Part shown: piece by piece, positions 39,441 through 48,578 of the stretch
How positions within the stretch are numbered: position 1 is the first letter of the stretch
Layout: each line of letters opens with the position of its first letter
Assembly: GCA_963663865.1 (NCBI GenBank)
Contig: OY760686.1
Location: forward strand, 1,888,001-1,952,000
Direction: 5' to 3'
DNA from: Spirochaetota bacterium
GTDB taxonomy: Bacteria; Spirochaetota; UBA4802; UBA5550
Length of the DNA stretch: 64,000 bases
Notes under the pieces: model-generated
Databases searched by the model: none
What the model was told of the DNA's origin: nothing
What the model saw: the letters and a program-made list of their open reading frames with translations, nothing else
Position numbers and translations under genes: made by a program

Positions 39441-40988
39441 ATGAAAAAAAACGAACGTAGTGCTGGAATACTCCTACATATCACAAGTCTGCCGGGAAGG
39501 TCAGGTTGCGGTACCCTTGGCGTGGAAGCGAAGCAATTCGCTGATTTTTTAAGCGAGGCAGGCTTCAAATTCTGGCAGATACTTCCGTCAGGGCCGGTAT
39601 CTCCGGCAACACAATACTCGCCCTACTCTTCACATTCAACATTTGCCGGCAATCCTTTATTCGTGTCGCTGTCAGATATTTTAGAAGGACTGGATAAGCC
39701 GATTATTCCTGAGATGTCCTTTGAGGACAGCAATAGCTGTAATTTTGACAGCGCATTTGATATAAACGGCAGAATCCTCTTTCAGTCATATAGATCGTTT
39801 ATTGCCAACAAAGACGAACAAATCGATGATTACAATGCTTTTCTAAACTTCTGTGATGAAGAATCTGCGTGGGTCGATGATTATGCTCTGTTTGAATCAC
39901 TTGCGTCAAAATTCGGGACACGGGACTGGACTCTGTGGGATGAAGGAATATCGTCCTTCGCTAACGAAGAAGTAAAGCGGTATAGGAAACTTCTCTCTGA
40001 AAACATAGAATTTCATAAATACGTGCAATATGTCTATTACACCCAGTGGTATGAATTGAAGGAATACTGCAATTCAAGGGGGATAAAGCTGATTGGAGAT
40101 ATTCCGATATACGTAGTTTTTGAGGGAGCGGACGCCTGGGCACACAGAGAGATATTTTCCCTTGATGAAAAAGGCCAAAGGCCTTCAACGGTAGCCGGTG
40201 TCCCTCCGGATTATTTCAGCTCAGAGGGGCAAAGATGGGGGAATCCGCTGTATCGTTGGCTTAACCTTGACGGCACCATAAATGAAATAACTTATGACTG
40301 GTGGCGTAGACGATTCTCGCATTTAAAAAAACAATTCGATGTTATAAGAATTGACCACTTCCGGGGCTTTGAATCCTTCTGGTCGATACCTGCCGAGGAA
40401 AAAACAGCAATTAAGGGCAAGTGGGTCAAGGGGCCCGGGTCGGCTTTCTTCGAGAAGCTAATGGATGACTTCGATTCTCTTCCGCTGATTGCCGAGGATT
40501 TGGGCGTGATAACCCCTGAAGTCGAAAATCTCAGAGATGAGTTTAAACTTCCGGGCATGAAGGTACTGCAGTTTGCCTTCGACGGCAGCCAGGATAATCC
40601 ATATTTGCCGCATAATATTCACGAACGAAAATGTGTTCTTTACACAGGAACGCACGACAATGACACCACAAACGGCTGGTTTTACGGCAAATCACTCAAT
40701 GATGAAAAGAGACGGTTCATAATGGAGTATCTGGATGTTTCAGACTATAGCAATATGCACTGGCATTTGATTAAAGCAGCTATGAGGACACCTGCCGAAA
40801 CGGTTATTATACCCATGCAGGATTTACTTGGTTTCGGAAGTGAATTCCGTATGAATACCCCGGGGACTATCGGAAAAAACTGGGTATGGAAGCTTAAAAG
40901 TGGAGATATAGTCGCAGATACAGCGGGAAAATACAAACATCTTCTTAAGCTCTACGGACGGCATAACACCTTTATTCAGAAAGATTGA
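39441..40988 (+). CDS. malQ: 4-alpha-glucanotransferase (GH77)
   Basis: GILLHITSLP, GDIPIYV, GVPPDYFS..GQRWGNP, RIDHFRG, AEDLG and YTGTHDNDT. Confidence 0.96.
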   Translation: MKKNERSAGILLHITSLPGRSGCGTLGVEAKQFADFLSEAGFKFWQILPSGPVSPATQYSPYSSHSTFAGNPLFVSLSDILEGLDKPIIPEMSFEDSNSCNFDSAFDINGRILFQSYRSFIANKDEQIDDYNAFLNFCDEESAWVDDYALFESLASKFGTRDWTLWDEGISSFANEEVKRYRKLLSENIEFHKYVQYVYYTQWYELKEYCNSRGIKLIGDIPIYVVFEGADAWAHREIFSLDEKGQRPSTVAGVPPDYFSSEGQRWGNPLYRWLNLDGTINEITYDWWRRRFSHLKKQFDVIRIDHFRGFESFWSIPAEEKTAIKGKWVKGPGSAFFEKLMDDFDSLPLIAEDLGVITPEVENLRDEFKLPGMKVLQFAFDGSQDNPYLPHNIHERKCVLYTGTHDNDTTNGWFYGKSLNDEKRRFIMEYLDVSDYSNMHWHLIKAAMRTPAETVIIPMQDLLGFGSEFRMNTPGTIGKNWVWKLKSGDIVADTAGKYKHLLKLYGRHNTFIQKD

Positions 40989-42174
40989 CAGATCTTGAAA
41001 CAATATAAGGTCTTCCCGAAGGCCCTTCAGGATTTACTATCACACCGCTGACTTTTACAGAAACGTTATTCTCGATTTTTTGAATAACTTCGGAAGAATA
41101 AATATCGGCCACACCTGAGAAGTTTCCTCCCTTTCCCGCATTTATCAAAAGAGAAAACGACGTTCCTTTGGCGCTTCTCGATATATTTGCAGTCCTGCCG
41201 GGCCATACGACAGCATATCCTCTGAAGAGATAGGGTTTTCGTGAGAATTCCTTATAATCAAGGTTTTCATATTCTCTCACATCTATATCTGAAATATATT
41301 TTAGAAGAAATAAAACCTTATCTTTAACCGCCGGACTGGCATTGCTGTTGATTATCCTGTTCAAGATCAGAACAGAGGAATTCAATTTGTTGTTTTTTAT
41401 AAGGGCTCTTGCCTTTTTATAATCATTGCCGAGTTCACCGGACGAGTAATAGAATTCAGAGGTCTTCTCCCTTGACACCCTGCTTATGAGGCTATATGGC
41501 GAACCGTCCAGTTCAAGACCGTCGATGCCGTCCGGCAACTCTAACTCCGGTCTGGAATTAGAAGATGAGTAATTTATATTAAAGTGATATAATAAACCGG
41601 ACAAAGCGGCTGCTGCTAAAAGTACCGTAACCGTGATGGCAGCATATCTGCGAATTCTTTTCCCGTGCCTTTTATTGGAAGAGTAGCTGCGTTGACTTAC
41701 TGAGCTATGACGTTTTGATGAAGCCGAAACTCGTGGAGGCCCGGGTATCTCGACAAAGTCTTCCAGCCGGGCATTTTTTTGAATATCATTGAAATTGTCT
41801 GTTTTCCGCAGCATTCGGAGCGCAGATGATATTTTACGGCTTGATCTGTCTGAAGCGTGAGCGAGGGCGTAAGAAGCAACTATTTCGTCAATTGACGTGG
41901 AAGCCTTAAGCTTAAGGAATAGATCAAGTTCTATGAGATGTCTGTATTGGGGCCAGGATTTGCGGAGCTTTTCGAGAATCAAATCTGATTCAGAAAAGCG
42001 GTTCAGATGCAGGTAGTTTACAGCAAGGAGGAACAGCGGATATGGGCTGTCTTTCAGTGTTATTACAACGGGTTCAAGTATAGCCGCTGATTCTATGTAT
42101 CTGCCCTTTTTAGTTGATTTATGTGCATCAACTAAAAGGCTGAAAACGCCGTCAGTCATGGCAGGAAATTTCAA
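40972..42174 (-). CDS. hypothetical protein: TPR-like N-terminus, central TM, C-terminal OB-fold-like domain
   Basis: 400-aa ORF; helical N-terminus, one TM after a basic stretch, beta-rich end; overlaps the upstream gene by 4 bp. Confidence 0.7.
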   Translation of the reverse strand: MKFPAMTDGVFSLLVDAHKSTKKGRYIESAAILEPVVITLKDSPYPLFLLAVNYLHLNRFSESDLILEKLRKSWPQYRHLIELDLFLKLKASTSIDEIVASYALAHASDRSSRKISSALRMLRKTDNFNDIQKNARLEDFVEIPGPPRVSASSKRHSSVSQRSYSSNKRHGKRIRRYAAITVTVLLAAAALSGLLYHFNINYSSSNSRPELELPDGIDGLELDGSPYSLISRVSREKTSEFYYSSGELGNDYKKARALIKNNKLNSSVLILNRIINSNASPAVKDKVLFLLKYISDIDVREYENLDYKEFSRKPYLFRGYAVVWPGRTANISRSAKGTSFSLLINAGKGGNFSGVADIYSSEVIQKIENNVSVKVSGVIVNPEGPSGRPYIVSRSVNLSE

Positions 42175-42416
42175 TCCCCAGGATCATCATCGTCGCGATT
42201 TTTCCCGAAAAAACGTGAAAAGGGATTGCCGCCGATGCCGTCTCCCTCAAGCATTTTGCCGATTACATAACCGGCAAAAGCAAGAATAAAGAGGAGTATC
42301 ATTTTCCAGAAACCGAAAAGAAGAATCGCGATTCCAGCCACAAACCCGATAAGGGCGCCGAATGCCCTGCCCGGATGTTCTCTGACAAAGTCAGAAAGGT
42401 CTTCAAAAAAACCCAT
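42171..42416 (-). CDS. DUF2273 family small membrane protein
   Basis: H.GR..G.L.G...G..IL.FGFWK...L......GY.IG pattern. Confidence 0.8.
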   Translation of the reverse strand: MGFFEDLSDFVREHPGRAFGALIGFVAGIAILLFGFWKMILLFILAFAGYVIGKMLEGDGIGGNPFSRFFGKNRDDDDPGD

Positions 42417-42979
42417 TAATTCTTTACCCTCTCAACATAGTCACCTGTTTCGGTGTTTACTTTGATGTAGTCACCCTCGTTGATAAACAGGGGAACCCTT
42501 ACCTCAGCGCCCGTCTCTACTTTTACCGGCTTAAGGACATTTGTTGCCGTATCTCCCTTAACCCCCGGTTCAGCGTATGTGACCTTGAGTGTAACCGAGG
42601 AAGGTAATTCAATAGATATTGGTTCTTCTTCGTATATGGTAATATTTACAACATCTTCTTCCTTTATGAAGTCAAGTGCATTCCCTACCGCATTTACACT
42701 AATTGTTATCTGGTCATAGGTTTCTGTATCCATAAATGTCAGCGAATCAGACTCTTTGTAAAGATACTGCATTTCCCGTTTTTCAAGACGTACATCCTCG
42801 AATTTCTCGCCTGACCTGAATGTTCTGTCAACTACAGTTCCTCTTTTTACGTTTCTAAGCTTTGTTCTGACAAATGCCCCGCCCTTGCCCGGCTTTACAT
42901 GGAGGAACTCTACAACCTGAAAGAGCTCTCCGTCAAGCTTGAAAGTCACTCCTTTCTTGATGTCACTGGTGGAAATCAT
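42416..42979 (-). CDS. efp: elongation factor P
   Basis: HVKPGKGGAFVRTKL, PGVKGDT and VPLFINEGD motifs. Confidence 0.98.
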   Translation of the reverse strand: MISTSDIKKGVTFKLDGELFQVVEFLHVKPGKGGAFVRTKLRNVKRGTVVDRTFRSGEKFEDVRLEKREMQYLYKESDSLTFMDTETYDQITISVNAVGNALDFIKEEDVVNITIYEEEPISIELPSSVTLKVTYAEPGVKGDTATNVLKPVKVETGAEVRVPLFINEGDYIKVNTETGDYVERVKN

Positions 42980-42988
42980 TTAATACCT

Positions 42989-44068
42989 CTAAATTATTGT
43001 CATTTTTTTTGGCGATCTGGTAAGCACCTCACAGCCGTTTTCAGCTACAAGGACCATGTCTTCTATCCGGACTCCCCCCTTTCCAGGGATATAGATGCCC
43101 GGTTCGACGGTAATTGTCATGTTCTTAGTAAGCACGCTTCCACTGTTAGTGCGGATAGTCGGAAGCTCGTGAATGTCTAACCCTACCCCATGCCCCAGAG
43201 AATGGCCGAAAAAATCTCCGTACCCATGCGCGGAAATGACATTCCTTGCCGCTGTATCAAGCTCCGCGGCTGTAATGCCCTCTGCAAGACTATCTATTGC
43301 CGTTTGTTGGGCTTCTCTGACAATGGCGTATATTTTCGCCAACAGAGGGTCAACTCTACCGACAAATACCGTTCTTGTCAAGTCTGAATTATAGCCTTTG
43401 TAACAGCATCCCATGTCAATCAGTACGGGTTCACCGTGCTTTATCTTTTTATTCATTGAGGTCTGGTAGTGAGGCATTGATGAGCCTTTGCCTGATGCGG
43501 CTATCGTCTCGAACGATGTACTTCGGCATCCATTTGTCCGATAAAAATGTTCAACTTCGACAGAAATATCCCACTCGGAAATGCCCTCCCGGATTATACC
43601 AAGAAGGTGCTTAAAACAGCGGTCAGTTATTGAAGCGGCTTTTTTCAGGAGCTTTATCTCTTCCTCATCCTTTACCATTCTGAGCCGCTCAATAACACTT
43701 TCCGAAGCATGTACCCTGCACCCTTTCAGGTTGGCCTGGAGCATAAGAAACAGGTCAAGACTGAGTCCATGGTTTTCAACATAAAGCTTTTTTGACTTAA
43801 TTTTGTTGATAAGACCGTGCAGAGTTTCAGGCATACTGCCTTTTTGGAGAACAAATTCAACGCTGGAAGGCAGTATTGACATTGCGTATTCTGAGTATCT
43901 CGCGTCCGAAATAAAATATGACTGTGTCCCGCACAGGAGTAATGAGGCAGAAGAGCCTTCGAAGCCTGTGAGATAGCGGATATTGGTTAAATCAGTTATC
44001 AGAAACGGAAAACTGATTTCCGCTTCAATCTCATAGATTGCGGTTGAAAGTCTTTCTATATGGTTCAT
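42989..44068 (-). CDS. Xaa-Pro peptidase (M24 family)
   Basis: Creatinase N-domain (NIRYLTGF), SMPH, D.G...Y.SDLTRT, HSLGHGVGLDIHE, EPGIY and GVRIED. ATG 44068 follows GGGGAG. Confidence 0.93.
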   Translation of the reverse strand: MNHIERLSTAIYEIEAEISFPFLITDLTNIRYLTGFEGSSASLLLCGTQSYFISDARYSEYAMSILPSSVEFVLQKGSMPETLHGLINKIKSKKLYVENHGLSLDLFLMLQANLKGCRVHASESVIERLRMVKDEEEIKLLKKAASITDRCFKHLLGIIREGISEWDISVEVEHFYRTNGCRSTSFETIAASGKGSSMPHYQTSMNKKIKHGEPVLIDMGCCYKGYNSDLTRTVFVGRVDPLLAKIYAIVREAQQTAIDSLAEGITAAELDTAARNVISAHGYGDFFGHSLGHGVGLDIHELPTIRTNSGSVLTKNMTITVEPGIYIPGKGGVRIEDMVLVAENGCEVLTRSPKKMTII

Positions 44069-44137
44069 TGATAACTCCCCTTGTGTAATTGAATCAGTGC
44101 AGGATTGAATGCCGGCAGTATTCAGAAAAAAACACAA

Positions 44138-44494
44138 CTAAACAGCTCCAGGTTTTGTCCTGAAAATAAAGAAAACTGCTCCTGCAAGACAAAGCCCTGC
44201 CCAGAGATAGTCGAGAGTTAGCTTCTCCTTCATGTAAAAAACAGAAAAAGGAACGAAGACTGTAAGAGTGATTACCTCTTGAAGTATTTTCAGCTGCCCC
44301 AGACTCATTACGCTGTGCCCTATTCGGTTTGCCGGCACCTGAAGCATGTATTCAAAAAAGGCAATTGACCAGCTGACTACAGCGGCAACAAGCCATGGAT
44401 ATCCTGATAACTTTTTCAAATGGCCGTACCAGGCGAATGTCATAAAAACATTGCTGAATAGTAAAAGAAAAAGGGTAATATAGAATCTGTTCAT
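44138..44494 (-). CDS. DMT family protein (DUF486)
   Basis: SNVFMTFAWYGHLK, EY.LQVPANRIG and QLKILQEVITL signature. Confidence 0.9.
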   Translation of the reverse strand: MNRFYITLFLLLFSNVFMTFAWYGHLKKLSGYPWLVAAVVSWSIAFFEYMLQVPANRIGHSVMSLGQLKILQEVITLTVFVPFSVFYMKEKLTLDYLWAGLCLAGAVFFIFRTKPGAV

Positions 44495-44817
44495 GCGGGA
44501 AATGGCCTCTATTAAATCGTCCGTGTATCAATTTTATTGGCTGGCATGTCAATTGTTTTTCTGGTCTTTTGATCATGTTCATTAGCACATGCAGATGATT
44601 GTCCGGATACTATTAACATCTCAATTTGTTATTGAAAAATATGCCCCTTCAGCGATAGTGTACCAGCTAAAGGGTTTTTGAATAATAGAGTTAAATTTAG
44701 ATTTCGCAGGGCCCTATCCTGCAGCTAATAAAAAGGCAAACAGAAATATAGAGTCACTTTATCTGTTGATGGCCTGCTTTTCGATACCTCATAAAATGTT
44801 TAAATGGAGCATGACAA

Positions 44818-46125
44818 ATGATTGATAGATATTCAAGAAAAGAGATGGCGGATATATGGTCTCTCGAGAACAAATTCAGGCTCTGGCTTGATATTGAAAT
44901 TGCAGTATGTGAGTCATATAACAGAAGAGGCATGATTCCAGACAGCGATCTGAAAGAAATAAAGGAAAAAGCGGATTTTGACCTCGACCGGATTCTTGAA
45001 ATTGAAAATGAAGTGCATCATGATGTAATCGCATTTCTTACAGCCGTAAACGAAAAAGTCGGTCCGGCAGGAAGACACATTCACTATGGTTTAACATCAA
45101 GCGATATCGGCGACACGGCCCTCTGTCTTCAGATGAAACAGGCAGGCAATATTCTGCTTTCCGGTGTTGATGAGCTCATCTCAGCTTTAAGGGACAGGGC
45201 CATAGAGCTGAAGAACGTTCCATGCATGGGCAGATCACACGGAGTTCACGCTGAACCAACTACTTTTGGCGTTAAGATGGCGCTGTACTTCGAAGAATTC
45301 AAACGTAACCGTGAAAGGATAGCCCGTGCGGTAGACAACATATCGTTCGGGAAGCTCTCCGGCGCGGTTGGAACCTTCAGCAATATCGACCCTGACATTG
45401 AAGCGGAGGTGTGCGAGCTGCTTGGTCTAAAGCCGGATCCGGTTTCGACGCAGGTAATACAGCGAGACCGGCACGCGGAGTTTATGGCTGCAATTGCCAT
45501 TACGGCCGGTTCGCTTGATCAGCTTGCGACCGAAATCAGACATTTGCAGCGAACCGAGGTAAGGGAGATTGAAGAACCCTTTCAGAAGGGACAAAAGGGC
45601 TCCTCAGCTATGCCTCACAAGCGCAATCCTATACTTTCAGAGAGGGTAACCGGACTCGGAAGAGTAATTAAGTCAAACATGAATGTTGCTCTTGAGAACA
45701 TGACCCTCTGGCACGAACGCGATATTTCTCACTCTTCAGCGGAAAGGGTCATTCTTCCGGATTCTACGATCGCACTTGACTATCTGCTTAACAAGATGGT
45801 TTTCATAATCAGAAATCTGCATATCTATCCTGAAAACATGATGGAGAATATTAATAAAACCGGAGGGCTTTTTTATTCACAGAGCCTTCTTCTTGCCATC
45901 ATTGAATGCGGTTATTCGCGTGAGGATGCTTACAAAACGGTTCAGGACATGGCAATGAGGGTCTGGAAACGCGAAGGAACTTTGCAGGAGCTTACTCTTC
46001 AAAACAATGAGATTGCTTCCAGGCTGGGGAAAGAAAAAATTGAATACATTTTTAATCTCGACAGATATTTAAAAAACATCGATAAGATATATAAAAAAAC
46101 CGGGCTTGACAAGAAAGCTAAATGA
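44818..46125 (+). CDS. purB: adenylosuccinate lyase
   Basis: MIDRY, HDVIAF, HYGLTSSD, GRSHGVHAEPTTFG and GSSAMPHKRNP. Confidence 0.98.
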   Translation: MIDRYSRKEMADIWSLENKFRLWLDIEIAVCESYNRRGMIPDSDLKEIKEKADFDLDRILEIENEVHHDVIAFLTAVNEKVGPAGRHIHYGLTSSDIGDTALCLQMKQAGNILLSGVDELISALRDRAIELKNVPCMGRSHGVHAEPTTFGVKMALYFEEFKRNRERIARAVDNISFGKLSGAVGTFSNIDPDIEAEVCELLGLKPDPVSTQVIQRDRHAEFMAAIAITAGSLDQLATEIRHLQRTEVREIEEPFQKGQKGSSAMPHKRNPILSERVTGLGRVIKSNMNVALENMTLWHERDISHSSAERVILPDSTIALDYLLNKMVFIIRNLHIYPENMMENINKTGGLFYSQSLLLAIIECGYSREDAYKTVQDMAMRVWKREGTLQELTLQNNEIASRLGKEKIEYIFNLDRYLKNIDKIYKKTGLDKKAK

Positions 46126-46162
46126 TCATGCCCAGCGGCAATTGATTTATTATGAGGACGAA

Positions 46163-47464
46163 TTGAGTAAAACCTTTTATATAGAAACATTTGGATGTCA
46201 GATGAACCTGAACGATTCTGAGGTTATGAAGGAGTCAATGCTTTCTGAGGGCTATGTTGAGGCTTCCAGCCCTGATTTAGCAGACATTAGAATCTACAAC
46301 ACCTGCTCGGTAAGGCAGAGGGCTGAAGACAGAGTCATTGCCAGAATCAAGACGGCTTCCCCCGAAATATCTGTCAGAAATTCTACCGTCGTTGTAGCCG
46401 GATGTATGGCACAGCGCAACGGAGAGGCCCTGATAAATGAAGGAATAGCCCATGTGGTTCTGGGCCCCTACCAGAGCGCCCATGTCGGGCAGATTCTCAA
46501 GGCTTCACGAACTGGAGCATGGTTATCGCAGGATCGTGAAGATTACTTCGGACAACCTGGGCCAGGTCCGGCAAATTCAAGTTATAACAGCTTTGTGACT
46601 ATAACACATGGATGCGGTAATTTTTGCTCATACTGTATTGTTCCATATGTCAGGGGGCCGCTAATTTCTTTCGATTCTTCAGAGATTATCAAGTATATTG
46701 AAAATCTGTCAAAAAATGGTGTTATCGAAGTTACACTGCTCGGGCAAAACGTGAATCAATTCGGCCAGGATTCAGGAGATATCCCTTTTTATTCGCTACT
46801 TGAAAAAACCGCATCAATAACTGGATTGAAGAGAATTCACTTTTTGACTTCGCACCCCAGGGATTTCAACTTAGATATTGTCAGGGTAATTCGCGACAAT
46901 CCAAATATCTCAAGGTGTATTCACCTGCCCCTTCAAAGCGGTTCTGACAGAATACTTGCCGATATGAACAGGGGTTACAGATTGAGTGATTACATGAGGA
47001 TTATTGATCATCTCAGAAACGAGTTATCGGATTTTTCTGTTTCAACAGATCTAATTGTCGGGTATCCCGGTGAAACTGAAGATGATTTTAAAATGACATT
47101 GCGTGCTGTCAGAGAGATCGGATACGACGACGCCTTCATGTACGCATACTCCCCGCGCGAAGGAACGGCCGCAGCGGAAAGAAAGGACTGCCTATCACGT
47201 CAGGAGAAGATTACAAGACTTAAAGAACTTATTTCACTTCAGAGGTCTCTTTCAACTAAGAAGCTTGAAGCTCGTATAGGACGTATCGAAGCGGTTATTC
47301 CTGAAAAAAGCAGCAAAAGATCAGTCAGCGATCTTATCGGAAGAACATCGCTTAATCATCCGGTAATTCTGAAAGGAAATGAGAGCGATATCGGCAGGCC
47401 GGTTCAGGTTGAAATAAGTCATATTATCGGGTCTACCCTGTATGGCAAAAAAAACGAGAGCTAG
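46163..47464 (+). CDS. miaB: tRNA-2-methylthio-N6-dimethylallyladenosine synthase MiaB
   Basis: FGCQMN..DSE, NTCSVR, GCMAQ, radical SAM GCGNFCSYC and a TRAM end. TTG 46163 follows GAGGA. Confidence 0.9.
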   Translation: MSKTFYIETFGCQMNLNDSEVMKESMLSEGYVEASSPDLADIRIYNTCSVRQRAEDRVIARIKTASPEISVRNSTVVVAGCMAQRNGEALINEGIAHVVLGPYQSAHVGQILKASRTGAWLSQDREDYFGQPGPGPANSSYNSFVTITHGCGNFCSYCIVPYVRGPLISFDSSEIIKYIENLSKNGVIEVTLLGQNVNQFGQDSGDIPFYSLLEKTASITGLKRIHFLTSHPRDFNLDIVRVIRDNPNISRCIHLPLQSGSDRILADMNRGYRLSDYMRIIDHLRNELSDFSVSTDLIVGYPGETEDDFKMTLRAVREIGYDDAFMYAYSPREGTAAAERKDCLSRQEKITRLKELISLQRSLSTKKLEARIGRIEAVIPEKSSKRSVSDLIGRTSLNHPVILKGNESDIGRPVQVEISHIIGSTLYGKKNES

Positions 47465-48578
47465 AAATACAATATTTTGCATTATTCTCCTCTCAGCAGC
47501 CGCACTTCAGGCTGGAGAAGATGCTGAGCTGTACAGGTCAATATCTGAAAGCAGCGCCGCTAACAGGCGGTCTGAAGTCATGTCAAGGTGCAGCATCTTC
47601 CTCAAAAAGTATTCGCGAAGCCCGCTCACACCAGAGGTATTGTACCTCTACGCAGGCCTTCAGAACACGCCGGAAGATTCCCTCAGGGAGTATAGAAAGA
47701 TACTCCTTCGCTACGGAGGTCACGGCAAGGCAGAACTCGCCGCCTTTAGAATATGCGAAATACTTGAAATCTCAGCAAAGTGGAAAGAACTGAGAGATGA
47801 ATCACTCCACTATGCGAGGAAGTTTAAAGCAGGAGCATACGAATACAGATTCAGGTTTTTTGCGATTAAAGCTGCCATATATACCGGTGATTATGAATCA
47901 GCCGGAAGGGAGTCTCAGGCGATTATTGACAAATCTGTTTCACCAAATATCAGAAACAGAGCGCTTCTATACTCATCAGCAGCAATTCTCAAGGAGACCG
48001 GTTATTCCAGACCCTACGTTATGCGGCTCTCAGAATTGCTCAAAGAATCCCAGGGTACTGAATATCATCCTGCATCGCTTTTCCTGTTGGGTGAATACTA
48101 CGATAAGACGCGTGACCCGGACAGAGCATATTCAGCCTACACGAAGTGCATGGAGCTTTATCCCGATTCACCGGAATCAGCAATCTGTAAGACCAGAGCT
48201 TCTGAGTTAAAAGGCAAAGGAGCTTCTTTGAAACCGTTTATGCCCGACAGCTCCGTCTTCGGGAGTGCTGATGTAATTGATATCAGTCCTGTCATTGAAC
48301 AGGAAAAAACCACAAAAGAGAGTACTTACTTTGCCCTGTCCATCGGACCTTTTCAGGACATCGCAAGAGCCAAGGGAATAAAAAAGATACTTGCCGGATT
48401 TTCATCGACTGTAACAATCCGCACAAACTCGGGTTTTTTCCACTACACCGGGAAATACAGCACTCCGGAGACCGCTCTCAGGGCACGAATCAGGCTGGCC
48501 GAGGAATACGGAATCAACGGAAACATCGTGCGAATCTCGCCTGACAACAAGTATATTTACATTTACGGTGACGAATAA
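47442..48578 (+). CDS. exported TPR-repeat protein with C-terminal SPOR-like domain
   Basis: Signal peptide, TPR motifs (YPDSPES) and a C-terminal GPF...A...HYTGKY.T...A region. Confidence 0.7.
   Translation: MAKKTRARNTIFCIILLSAAALQAGEDAELYRSISESSAANRRSEVMSRCSIFLKKYSRSPLTPEVLYLYAGLQNTPEDSLREYRKILLRYGGHGKAELAAFRICEILEISAKWKELRDESLHYARKFKAGAYEYRFRFFAIKAAIYTGDYESAGRESQAIIDKSVSPNIRNRALLYSSAAILKETGYSRPYVMRLSELLKESQGTEYHPASLFLLGEYYDKTRDPDRAYSAYTKCMELYPDSPESAICKTRASELKGKGASLKPFMPDSSVFGSADVIDISPVIEQEKTTKESTYFALSIGPFQDIARAKGIKKILAGFSSTVTIRTNSGFFHYTGKYSTPETALRARIRLAEEYGINGNIVRISPDNKYIYIYGDE

Noticed and set aside
44542-44556. TGGCAT-N5-TTGT sigma54-like site
   Set aside because: It lacks the invariant -12 GC and is far from the purB start.
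44731-44790. GGCAAAC suggesting a c-di-GMP-I riboswitch
   Set aside because: The GAAA tetraloop, GACGCAAA and P3 receptor elements are absent.
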